Source: Candidatus Woesearchaeota archaeon (GTDB lineage: Archaea > Nanobdellota > Nanobdellia > SCGC-AAA011-G17 > JACPIM01). Taken from it: DNA of 35,829 nt. This document shows positions 9,271 through 16,610 of the stretch, piece after piece. A program made the position numbers and the translations under genes. How positions within the stretch are numbered: the first letter of the stretch is position 1; every line of letters begins with the position of its first letter. The stretch is from contig CAYIXS010000002.1 of the NCBI GenBank assembly GCA_964367445.1, positions 1-35,829 on the forward strand, written 5' to 3'. The notes beneath the pieces were generated by a model, which did not search any database, was not told the DNA's origin, and worked only from the letters and a program-made list of their open reading frames with translations.

Positions 9271-9606
9271 ATGACAGAAAAAGAACATAATGAAGATGAC
9301 CACGTCGTGTTCATAGGAAGTAAACCTTTTAACAGAGTATAGCTGTGTGCTATTTCTGGGAGATTGAACTACGTAACCGGTGTGGTTATGCAATTTACTA
9401 CACAAAGAGCAGATGAAGTTGTGATAAAGGGAAGGGGTAAATTCATTACAAGGTGTGTAGATGTAGCAGAAGTTGTTGGTAAGAGATTCTTAGAGGGACA
9501 AGTAGCACTTAAAGACGTAAAATTAGACAGTGAGGAGTTTGAAAACAAAGAAGGAAAGAGAATAAGAGTTTCTACTATAGAGATCAGCCTAGTACGCAAA
9601 AAATAA
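9271..9606 (+). CDS. albA: Alba DNA/RNA-binding protein, split: exon 1 9271..9331, exon 2 9365..9606 (100 aa after removal of a 33-nt insert)
   Basis: ATG 9271 is preceded by GGAGG and encodes MTEKEHNEDDHVVFIGSKPF, then hits an in-frame TAG at 9340-9342. The same frame resumes as LNYVTGVVMQF...VVIKGRGKFITRCVDVAEVV...RVSTIEISLVRKK, the Alba core. The track only calls 9364..9606 from a TTG. Confidence 0.8.
9332..9364 (+). other. putative 33-nt bulge-helix-bulge (BHB) intron in alba pre-mRNA
   Basis: Central 4-bp helix 9326-9329/9359-9362 (C-G, U-A, U-G, U-G). It is flanked by 3-nt bulges 9330-9332 and 9363-9365 on opposite strands. Intron helix 9333-9337/9354-9358 continues into 9339-9343/9349-9353 with loop UGUGU. 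Cutting after the second bulge nucleotide on each side removes 9332-9364. Confidence 0.6.
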
Positions 9607-9616
9607 TTTCTCTTTT

Positions 9617-11011
9617 TTATTTTTTTGGTTTTAAATATAATCCAAATATTAATAATAAAATTATTAGGATAAAAGCAAATACCCAATTTTGAGATTGAAT
9701 TGATTTTGTTTTTTCAGATACTAAATTGCCTGTTAAAGAAAATAAATTTTTAATTTTATCAGGTAATGATTCTTTTTTTGGTGTTGGTTTTTCTATAGGT
9801 TCGTTTTCTTTGTTACTTGCTTCTTCTGTTTCTTCTAATTCTTGTATGTTTGCTGGCTGGTTTAGTACTGGTGTTTCTTCTTGGGTTTGTGTTTCTGTTT
9901 GTGTTGGTTGTGGGTTTGTGATTCTATTATTACTATTTCCACCGCCTATATTATTTGGTGTTGCTGGGTTTGATGGTATAAAATTAACAAGCAAGCTGAA
10001 TGTTTCTGAACTTTCAGTTATATTAGAATCATCTGAGCAGTTTATAGACCATAAATAATTTGAGTTTGACAGTGTTTTAGTGAAAGTTTGAATTATGTCT
10101 TTTGATATATTTGTATTTTCTTGACTTGTTGTGTTATTTATTATTAAATAACAAAGAGGTATGTTATTTACAGAGGTTACATTATACTTAAACAAAATAT
10201 CGTTTGACGAATCCCAGGTTGAGTTATCTAACGGTGAGGTTAAGCTTATTCTTATCAATGTGTTTTCTATTGTTGTTGATGTTGAGCTCGTTGGTGTTGT
10301 AGATGTGGTTGTTGTTGGTAGTAATGTTGTTGATGTTGTAGTGGTGGTTAGAATAGTAGTGCTAGTGGTTAATGCCGTAGTTGAAGTTGTACTAGTTGTA
10401 GTACTTTGGGTAGTTGAACTTGAGCTTGTTGATGTTGTAGTTGTTGAAGAAGAACTAGTTGTTGTAGAAGTAGTTGTTATAAGTATACCAGAAATATTTA
10501 CGTTATCTATCCTGCAATATTCATTATTTGAATTTGCTGTACACTCAAATTTTATCTGGAAATCTGTATTGTTGGTTGCATTATTATTTAGGTTAAATGA
10601 TTTGATAAGATAATTATTATCATCTTCTGAATTAGATCCTGTTTGTTCTAGTAATATCCAAGATAATCCATCATAGAAGTAAGAGCTAAATTCATCATTA
10701 CTATCTAAATTTATTAGTCTTCTATAATAACTTACTGAGATGTTATCATAATCAAAAGTGCTTATTACTTTTTTTATTACACTTGCGGGTTCTGTATTTT
10801 CTCTAGGTCTTGCTTCTATATGATAAACTCCTGAATATGGGTTTCCTGAAGATATTGTCCAATTTGATGCATCTATAGCATTAGTTAATATCCATCCTGT
10901 TATGTTTCCTGATTCAAAACCATCAAAAAATACATTAACAGAAAGAACAGGATTAGAAGTTAATATGGTTAATATTATTGAAAAAACGATTAAACCTCTC
11001 TTTTTTGTCAT
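9617..11011 (-). CDS. surface protein: signal peptide, lectin-like N-domain, Thr/Ser-rich linker, Ig-like domain, C-terminal TM anchor
   Basis: Signal-like N-terminus (LIVFSIILTILTSNPVLS), a ~73-residue T/S tract, a Pro/Thr/Gln-rich stalk and a C-terminal TM (WVFAFILIILLLIFGLYL). Confidence 0.65.
   Translation of the reverse strand: MTKKRGLIVFSIILTILTSNPVLSVNVFFDGFESGNITGWILTNAIDASNWTISSGNPYSGVYHIEARPRENTEPASVIKKVISTFDYDNISVSYYRRLINLDSNDEFSSYFYDGLSWILLEQTGSNSEDDNNYLIKSFNLNNNATNNTDFQIKFECTANSNNEYCRIDNVNISGILITTTSTTTSSSSTTTTSTSSSSTTQSTTTSTTSTTALTTSTTILTTTTTSTTLLPTTTTSTTPTSSTSTTIENTLIRISLTSPLDNSTWDSSNDILFKYNVTSVNNIPLCYLIINNTTSQENTNISKDIIQTFTKTLSNSNYLWSINCSDDSNITESSETFSLLVNFIPSNPATPNNIGGGNSNNRITNPQPTQTETQTQEETPVLNQPANIQELEETEEASNKENEPIEKPTPKKESLPDKIKNLFSLTGNLVSEKTKSIQSQNWVFAFILIILLLIFGLYLKPKK
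10267..10486 (-). repeat. low-complexity Thr/Ser-coding repeat tract (ACN/AGY codon runs)
   Basis: On the plus strand it reads as degenerate GTTGTTGATGTTGTAG-type repeats. It encodes TTTSTTTSSSSTTTTSTSSSS... and also generates the spurious V-rich antisense ORF 10161..10613. Confidence 0.8.
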
Positions 11012-11190
11012 AAATTATCTAATATCTTATTATTTTATAAATAATTCTATTTTAATTAAGTATAAATTTACCTAAAAATAATTCAAAAGTTTTAAATAAA
11101 GTCTTTTCTTCTTAGAATTAGCCCTTTAAAAGGCCTAAGATCCCAAAAGAAAAATCTTTTGGAAAAGAGAATTATAATTGAGAAAAAAAG

Positions 11191-12921
11191 ATGGTGATAG
11201 GTTTTTTAGCTAATTCGTCAGATGCACTTTTATTTAATCTGGCGACCATCATAATTTTTGCCACTATTTTGGCTTTATTGGCTAGGTTATTTAAACAACC
11301 TTCAATATTGGCGTATATATTGACTGGTGTCATACTAGGACCGCTGTTTTTTGGATTAATAAACAAAAGTGATTTTTTAGCTTCTTTATCAAATTTGGGG
11401 GTTGCCTTTTTATTGTTCATAGTTGGATTGAGTTTAAATTTTAGAGTTTTAAAAGAAGTTGGTAAAATTTCCTTAATAACAGGTATTGGACAGGTTGTTT
11501 TTACTTCTTTGGTTGGATATATTATAATAAGGGCAATAGGGATTGAGGTAATACCAGCAATTTATATCAGTGTTGCTTTGACTTTTAGTAGTACTATAAT
11601 TATTGTTAAGTTACTTTCTGATAAGAAAGTTATAGATACTTTATATGGAAGGATTTCTGTTGGTTTCTTAATTGTTCAGGATTTTATTGCAATATTGGCT
11701 TTAATTTTAATAAGCGGAATAAGTGGTAAAATTGATGCTGGTGTATTATTTTTAAATACTTTAAAAAACGGGTTATTTCTATTGGTTTTTGTCTACTTAT
11801 TCTCTAAATATATCTTAAATAGGTTATTTAATTTTTTAGCTAAGTCACAGGAATTGTTGTTTATATCTAGCATAGCTTGGTGTTTTACTGTTAGCCTGGT
11901 TTCTTTATATTTTGGATTTTCAATAGAGGTTGGTGCTTTTTTGGCCGGCATTAGCATTGCTTCTTTACCATATAGATTTGATATAATTGGTAAACTTGTT
12001 TCTTTAAGAGACTTTTTCATAGTTTTGTTTTTTGTTTATTTAGGGTTACAGATAACCTCTTTTAATGATATTATCAGTGTAATACCTGTTGGATTGTTAT
12101 TATCTTTGTTTGTTTTAATAGGAAATCCTCTAATTGTAATGATATTAATTGGATTATTTGGTTATAAGAAAAATGTTGGTTTTTTTACTGGTTTGGCGGT
12201 TGCTCAGATAAGTGAATTTTCTTTGATATTAGTTAATTTAGGTTATAATTTGGGGCATTTAACTAGCTATCATGTATCTTTGGTAACCTTTGTTGGAGTA
12301 ATCACAATAACTTTATCATCATACATGATTATCTATAGCGAAAAAATATATAAAAAATTAGAAAAATACTTATGGGTATTTGAGAGAAAAGGTGTTTTGA
12401 AAAATCACAATTTATTTGTTAATAAAAAATATGATGTTATTATTCTTGGTGGGCATAGGTTAGCTAGGTATATAATTGAATACTTGAGAAAAAACAAGAA
12501 AAAAATATTGGTTGTTGATTATGATCCTGAGATTATTAAACTGCTAAATAGAAAAAATATTTCTACTTTTTATGCTGATGTTTCTAATATTGATGTTTTG
12601 AAAGAGATTCCGTTTAATAAAGTCAAGGTTGTAATATCTACCATACCATCAAGGGAAGATAATTTGATTGTTCTGGATTATTTGAATGGAATTGAGAAAA
12701 AACCAAAAGTGTTTTTAACAACACAGCACATGCATGAAGCCAAAGAATTATACAATAATCTGGCTGATTATGTGATACTTCCTTATTTAATAAGCGGGGA
12801 AAACGTTGTTGAAATTTTAGGTAAAATAATCAAAGATAAAAAATATTTGGAGAAATTGAAAAAAGAGCAACTGAAAACGATATCTGGTTCTGATATTGTG
12901 AGTTATCAGCTAACTAATTAA
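11191..12921 (+). CDS. CPA2-type cation:proton antiporter with C-terminal RCK/TrkA-N domain
   Basis: About 12 TM helices with the Na+/H+-exchanger pattern (ILTGVILGP...), then a Rossmann-like DVIILGGHRLARYIIEYL segment. Confidence 0.85.
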   Translation: MVIGFLANSSDALLFNLATIIIFATILALLARLFKQPSILAYILTGVILGPLFFGLINKSDFLASLSNLGVAFLLFIVGLSLNFRVLKEVGKISLITGIGQVVFTSLVGYIIIRAIGIEVIPAIYISVALTFSSTIIIVKLLSDKKVIDTLYGRISVGFLIVQDFIAILALILISGISGKIDAGVLFLNTLKNGLFLLVFVYLFSKYILNRLFNFLAKSQELLFISSIAWCFTVSLVSLYFGFSIEVGAFLAGISIASLPYRFDIIGKLVSLRDFFIVLFFVYLGLQITSFNDIISVIPVGLLLSLFVLIGNPLIVMILIGLFGYKKNVGFFTGLAVAQISEFSLILVNLGYNLGHLTSYHVSLVTFVGVITITLSSYMIIYSEKIYKKLEKYLWVFERKGVLKNHNLFVNKKYDVIILGGHRLARYIIEYLRKNKKKILVVDYDPEIIKLLNRKNISTFYADVSNIDVLKEIPFNKVKVVISTIPSREDNLIVLDYLNGIEKKPKVFLTTQHMHEAKELYNNLADYVILPYLISGENVVEILGKIIKDKKYLEKLKKEQLKTISGSDIVSYQLTN

Positions 12922-13385
12922 ATTCTTATGTTTAATTTATTCTTATTGAAACTTTTCGTGGTATCTATTACTTTTATTTTGTGCTGATTATCTAGTGCTT
13001 CTATTAAACAAACATCTAATATTTCTGCGTCTAAATTCTCTCTTATCTTATCTTTTGAATACTTTCTTTTCTCTAGTCTCTTTTTTAAAACTTTAATGTC
13101 ACATTTAGTAACTATGCATAAATCAACATATTTTTTGTTTAAATAATGGCTCAAATGAGAATCTATAACTAAATCTTTCTCTTTTTTTATTAATTTTATT
13201 AAGAATTTATTTAACTTTTTAATATCAACTATATGCGTTTTAAATTTTTTATCATAATTTTCATATAATTTATTTTTAACAATTAACCCATTTAAATCAA
13301 GATATTTCAGATTATATTTTCTAGCAATTGCTCTAGCGATTTTAGTCTTGCCTGTTCCAACTGAACCTGTTACAATTATTATCAT
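12918..13385 (-). CDS. Fap7/adenylate-kinase-6-like P-loop nucleoside kinase
   Basis: MIIIVTGSVGTGKTKIA P-loop, 155 aa, archaeal Fap7-like layout. It converges on the antiporter with a 4-nt overlap. Confidence 0.75.
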   Translation of the reverse strand: MIIIVTGSVGTGKTKIARAIARKYNLKYLDLNGLIVKNKLYENYDKKFKTHIVDIKKLNKFLIKLIKKEKDLVIDSHLSHYLNKKYVDLCIVTKCDIKVLKKRLEKRKYSKDKIRENLDAEILDVCLIEALDNQHKIKVIDTTKSFNKNKLNIRI

Positions 13386-13471
13386 GGTCTTAATGAAAAA
13401 GGATAATGTTTATAAATAATAGGATTTACTATATTTAATATATAAAATATATATTTATGGGGGGATAAACT

Positions 13472-13771
13472 TTGGTAGAAAGACAAAGGGATGTTAGTAA
13501 TCTTCCAGGTGATCTGAAAAATAGTTCTGCACCAAGATTGGGACTACATATTATAGTAGGAAGAGATGGATCAACAACCGAAGCAATATTTGGTGGTGAT
13601 GCATGTCGTTGGCTATATTCCGGATTAATGCCTGTAAAAACGGCACAAAGAGTATTATTACAATATCATGGGGCAGCAACGATTTATGGAAAAGATGGGA
13701 AAGTAAGTGAAATTAGGAGTCCGTGTTATGGGGGAAGGATTGTTGAGCAACAACAAAGACCTTATGCATAA
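13472..13771 (+). CDS. hypothetical small protein A (99 aa), TTG start
   Basis: Strong G-at-first-codon-position periodicity. A G-run (13459-13464) lies 7 nt upstream of TTG 13472. No family recognised. The protein ends ...RPYA. Confidence 0.5.
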   Translation: MVERQRDVSNLPGDLKNSSAPRLGLHIIVGRDGSTTEAIFGGDACRWLYSGLMPVKTAQRVLLQYHGAATIYGKDGKVSEIRSPCYGGRIVEQQQRPYA

Positions 13772-14024
13772 AATGGCAACACAAGAAAGAAAATTAATAG
13801 CTTTAACAGAATTAAGAGAGGCTATTGAAGAAGCAGAAAGGATGGGAATTCCCCGGAGCAGAATAAATATTACTTTTTTAGATGACAGAGTAGAAATAAG
13901 CCATCCAGAAGATCCTGGCGATGATCCCATTTATGGTGTTGCTATTGGTGAAGTAATACAGACAGTTAGGCATTATGGATGTAATGTTCAAACACAAAGA
14001 ACTAGTTCACGACCGTACCTATAA
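13728..14024 (+). CDS. hypothetical small protein B (98 aa)
   Basis: AGGAG (13715-13719) lies 8 nt upstream of ATG 13728, and the frame shows coding-like periodicity. Alternative starts are ATG 13764 and 13773. It overlaps protein A out of frame and ends ...RPYL. Confidence 0.5.
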   Translation: MGEGLLSNNKDLMHKMATQERKLIALTELREAIEEAERMGIPRSRINITFLDDRVEISHPEDPGDDPIYGVAIGEVIQTVRHYGCNVQTQRTSSRPYL

Positions 14025-14676
14025 ATCTTTTTCTTTTTAATATTTTTTCCAGATTTTTTAAATCTCCGCTTATAATGTAAGTTTTTATTTTATTTTTTTT
14101 AATTATTCTTGCTGCTGATTGGTCTAAAACAAAGTGTTGCCCTGCTTTGTATTTAATTTTGTTTGCTATTTTATAGAATTCATTAAATGAAATTTTAGGA
14201 ATAAATTTAGCATTTTTTAATTTAGGATCTTTATCGTATAGTCCTTTGACATTTGTCATATTAATAAACTCGCATTTCAACATATTTGCAATTGCGGCGG
14301 CAGTTCCATCACTTGTGTTATCTGGTTTATACCTTAAGCCACCAACAATAACAATATTTCTTTTATTTAATAAATTTTCAATGTCTTTCAAAGACTTACC
14401 CAATTTAGCAGAAACATATTTTTCAAACAAATTGATCAGTAACCAAGCATTTAATCTGGTTATTCTTATTCCGATATATCCTAAAATCTTATCATTTATT
14501 TTATTTTTTCTTAGGGCGTTAATGTATATTCTAGCAGTTCTTCCGCCACCGCAAACAATTACGAATTTATCTTTTTTAGAGTATTTTATTATTAATTCTT
14601 TGAACTTATTTAAATAATCAGAATCAATATCATTAGGTACTATTAGGCTTCCACCCAAACTAATTACTTTTACCAT
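14002..14676 (-). CDS. pyrH: archaeal-type UMP kinase
   Basis: VISLGGSLIVP...VIVCGGGRTAR...GIRITRLNA...TSDGTAAAIA...NVKGLYDKDP matches the amino-acid-kinase-fold archaeal PyrH at ~224 aa. Confidence 0.85.
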   Translation of the reverse strand: MVKVISLGGSLIVPNDIDSDYLNKFKELIIKYSKKDKFVIVCGGGRTARIYINALRKNKINDKILGYIGIRITRLNAWLLINLFEKYVSAKLGKSLKDIENLLNKRNIVIVGGLRYKPDNTSDGTAAAIANMLKCEFINMTNVKGLYDKDPKLKNAKFIPKISFNEFYKIANKIKYKAGQHFVLDQSAARIIKKNKIKTYIISGDLKNLEKILKRKRFIGTVVN

Positions 14677-14686
14677 ATTTTATTTA

Positions 14687-14782
14687 TCAAATCCAACCCA
14701 AGTATCTGGCAACAATTATAAGAATTATTACTACTATAATAAACCAAGCGAGTTGTGAAATTCCTTTTTTATTTAATATCAT
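14687..14782 (-). CDS. 31-aa single-TM micro-protein (not in ORF track)
   Basis: ATG 14782 forms an ATGA overlap with the DUF357 stop. It encodes MILNKKGISQLAWFIIVVIILIIVARYLGWI, with TGA at 14687-14689, 10 nt before the pyrH ATG. Confidence 0.35.
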   Translation of the reverse strand: MILNKKGISQLAWFIIVVIILIIVARYLGWI

Positions 14783-15069
14783 TTATCAACACCAGCAAAT
14801 AATTCAGAATTATCAACATCAAAAACGCCTATTTTAGCTCCTGCGTCCAGCCAGCCATGGGCGTAGTTTAATGCGGCAAAGGCATTAACAAAATCTGCCT
14901 TAGAAGCAAAATGTTCAGCGTCACTTAAGTATCTTTCAACGGTGTCTATGAAATGTTTTCTTGTTGAATCATTTATATCAACATTTTCAGGAGATTTTTT
15001 AGCTTCCTCTAATGCAGCTTTAGTAACTTGAAAATATTTGTTTAATTTTTCTTTAGTTACTTGATCCAT
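14779..15069 (-). CDS. DUF357 family protein
   Basis: YLSDAEHFASKADFVNAFAALNYAHGWLDAGAKIGVFDV is the archaeal DUF357 signature as I recall it. Confidence 0.75.
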   Translation of the reverse strand: MDQVTKEKLNKYFQVTKAALEEAKKSPENVDINDSTRKHFIDTVERYLSDAEHFASKADFVNAFAALNYAHGWLDAGAKIGVFDVDNSELFAGVDK

Positions 15070-15113
15070 AATATTTATCAGTTATTTATAATTTAAAAGG
15101 TTTTTGGGGTTAA

Positions 15114-15896
15114 TTACAAGACTACTTCCCCACTCTTTACATCTCTTACGTCTCCAGATTTTATGCCACCAGAAGGAAAAAGCCGGTATAAAAGTTTATG
15201 CGCTGGTTCTTCTAATATGTGTATCTTAGTGTCTATTGTGGTATCTGTTCTCTCTGGAAAAACATGTACAGAGGAATATGCTTGTGGTAATGCATAATAA
15301 GGGAATCCATTTGTTATTCTGGATATTATTAAAACCTTTACTCCTCGGTTTAAATAACCGTAATGAACTCTATGGGCTCCGTCATTTATTAGATCATAAG
15401 ATCCACTCTCATTTCTATGTTCCAAATTTTCTATTGCAGGATTTATTCCTTTGCCAAGTGCATCAATACTTTTCCTTACTACTTCACTTAACATAGAAGC
15501 ATAATTGAATTTTCCATCACTAGTTCTTGGTATTGTGAATCTTTCTAATACAGGTGGTAAAATTGTCCATTCTGTAACTTCACCTGAATCAGACGTTGCA
15601 AGAAAGTCAAAAGCGGCATCTAGGTTTAGGATATCTATATCTTTTTGCTTAAACAACCTAAAGAGTGAATCTACCCTATCTAAGTTAGGTTGATAAACCG
15701 CTGGTTGTGGGGTGTATATATTAGATCTAATCTGCTCGGGAGTTAAAAACATAAAATCAAAAATTGCGTCTTCATAGATTTTAATATTTGGAAATCCCCT
15801 TAATGAAACTTTTCTTAATCTATTGACTAAAGAATCGCCGTTGCCAAAGAATGGAACTTTGTTTAAAATTTCAATAGAGACACAATTATTTGTCAA
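15114..15896 (-). CDS. ParB/sulfiredoxin-fold protein (possible nucleotide-dependent phosphotransferase), TTG start
   Basis: LINDGAHRVHYG resembles the ParB/Srx DGxHR motif. TTG 15896 lies 7 nt downstream of AAGGAGG and forms a TTGA overlap with the HAD stop. Confidence 0.55.
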   Translation of the reverse strand: MTNNCVSIEILNKVPFFGNGDSLVNRLRKVSLRGFPNIKIYEDAIFDFMFLTPEQIRSNIYTPQPAVYQPNLDRVDSLFRLFKQKDIDILNLDAAFDFLATSDSGEVTEWTILPPVLERFTIPRTSDGKFNYASMLSEVVRKSIDALGKGINPAIENLEHRNESGSYDLINDGAHRVHYGYLNRGVKVLIISRITNGFPYYALPQAYSSVHVFPERTDTTIDTKIHILEEPAHKLLYRLFPSGGIKSGDVRDVKSGEVVL

Positions 15897-16543
15897 AGCA
15901 ATAACCTCCTTATTTCGTGAATTGATTGAATAGAAAAATCCGCTTCTTTTATAACTGATCCAACAGCAATAGTTTTTATTCCCAAAGCTTTTGCTGGTAA
16001 GATGTCTGAATTTTTTCTATCTCCAACATAAACGTGTTTATTTGCTGGAATTTGTGTGGCGATTAATACGTATCTAAAAACTGCCCCATCCTGTTTTGAT
16101 CCACGAATATTATCACTATATACTATTGGATTAAATACCCTTGGGTTTATACCAAGTCTTTCTAATTTTTTTTCCCCTAACTCTCTTGGACTGTTTGTAA
16201 CTAAATAAATTTGATAGACTTGGGAAAGTTTATTCAAGATATCAACTAATTCACCGTCGTAATTTATTAAGTCCAAAACATCTGCCTTAGCCAAACAATC
16301 GTCCATCACTAAGTTCGAATCATCAAAACCCGCTTCTTTTAGGACTTTAGTTCCACTTTGTAATACTGTATGCCTATCTTCAAAGTATCTTCTAGCTTCT
16401 TCAATACCACCTAGATATGGTTTTTTAGCTAAAATTCTTTTAGATATTTCGATTCTTATTCTATTATTAATTTCTTCATTGGAACTATATAAAGTACCAT
16501 CTAAATCAAATCCAACAGCAGCTATACCTTGTATTATTGGCAC
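15893..16543 (-). CDS. HAD-IA family phosphatase
   Basis: Motif I FDLDGTLY, motif II LVTNS, motif IV VGDRKNSD. Confidence 0.85.
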   Translation of the reverse strand: MPIIQGIAAVGFDLDGTLYSSNEEINNRIRIEISKRILAKKPYLGGIEEARRYFEDRHTVLQSGTKVLKEAGFDDSNLVMDDCLAKADVLDLINYDGELVDILNKLSQVYQIYLVTNSPRELGEKKLERLGINPRVFNPIVYSDNIRGSKQDGAVFRYVLIATQIPANKHVYVGDRKNSDILPAKALGIKTIAVGSVIKEADFSIQSIHEIRRLLL

Positions 16544-16610
16544 AGGTTTATTAAAACAACGTATTTATTAAATATTATTTAACTTAAAAGAGTATTATAG
16601 AACATAATAG

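Noticed and set aside
9340-9342. In-frame TAG in alba read as pyrrolysine/readthrough, or alba treated as a simple pseudogene or a TTG-9364-initiated truncated gene
   Set aside because: The 11 extra codons have no counterpart in Alba proteins. The insert folds into a BHB whose rule-based excision recreates the consensus KPxMNYV. Other ORFs in the window terminate normally with standard stops. The truncated-gene option cannot be fully excluded without transcript data.
9369-9686. Minus-strand 105-aa ORF overlapping alba
   Set aside because: It is antisense to a strongly supported conserved gene and has no motif.
10161-10613. Plus-strand 150-aa Val-rich ORF
   Set aside because: It is an antisense shadow of the Thr/Ser-coding repeat (ACN codons read as NGT/GTN).
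11172-12020. Minus-strand ORFs 11172..11420 and 11793..12020
   Set aside because: They are antisense to the antiporter CDS and have no supporting signals.
13658-13930. Minus-strand 90-aa ORF in the same island
   Set aside because: It is antisense to two better-supported ORFs. It has Ser/Leu/Ile-rich low-complexity composition, no SD and no periodicity.
13457-14024. The G+C-richer, stop-poor region as a structured RNA gene (RNase P RNA or SRP RNA). Weak resemblances were seen: AGGAGUCCG versus the CR-I motif, and ACAGAA...GGCUA versus CR-V.
   Set aside because: The two motif-like strings are only ~90 nt apart. The P4 pairing is poor and there is no terminal P1/helix-1 pairing. Both plus-strand frames show strong codon periodicity and have their own SD sequences.
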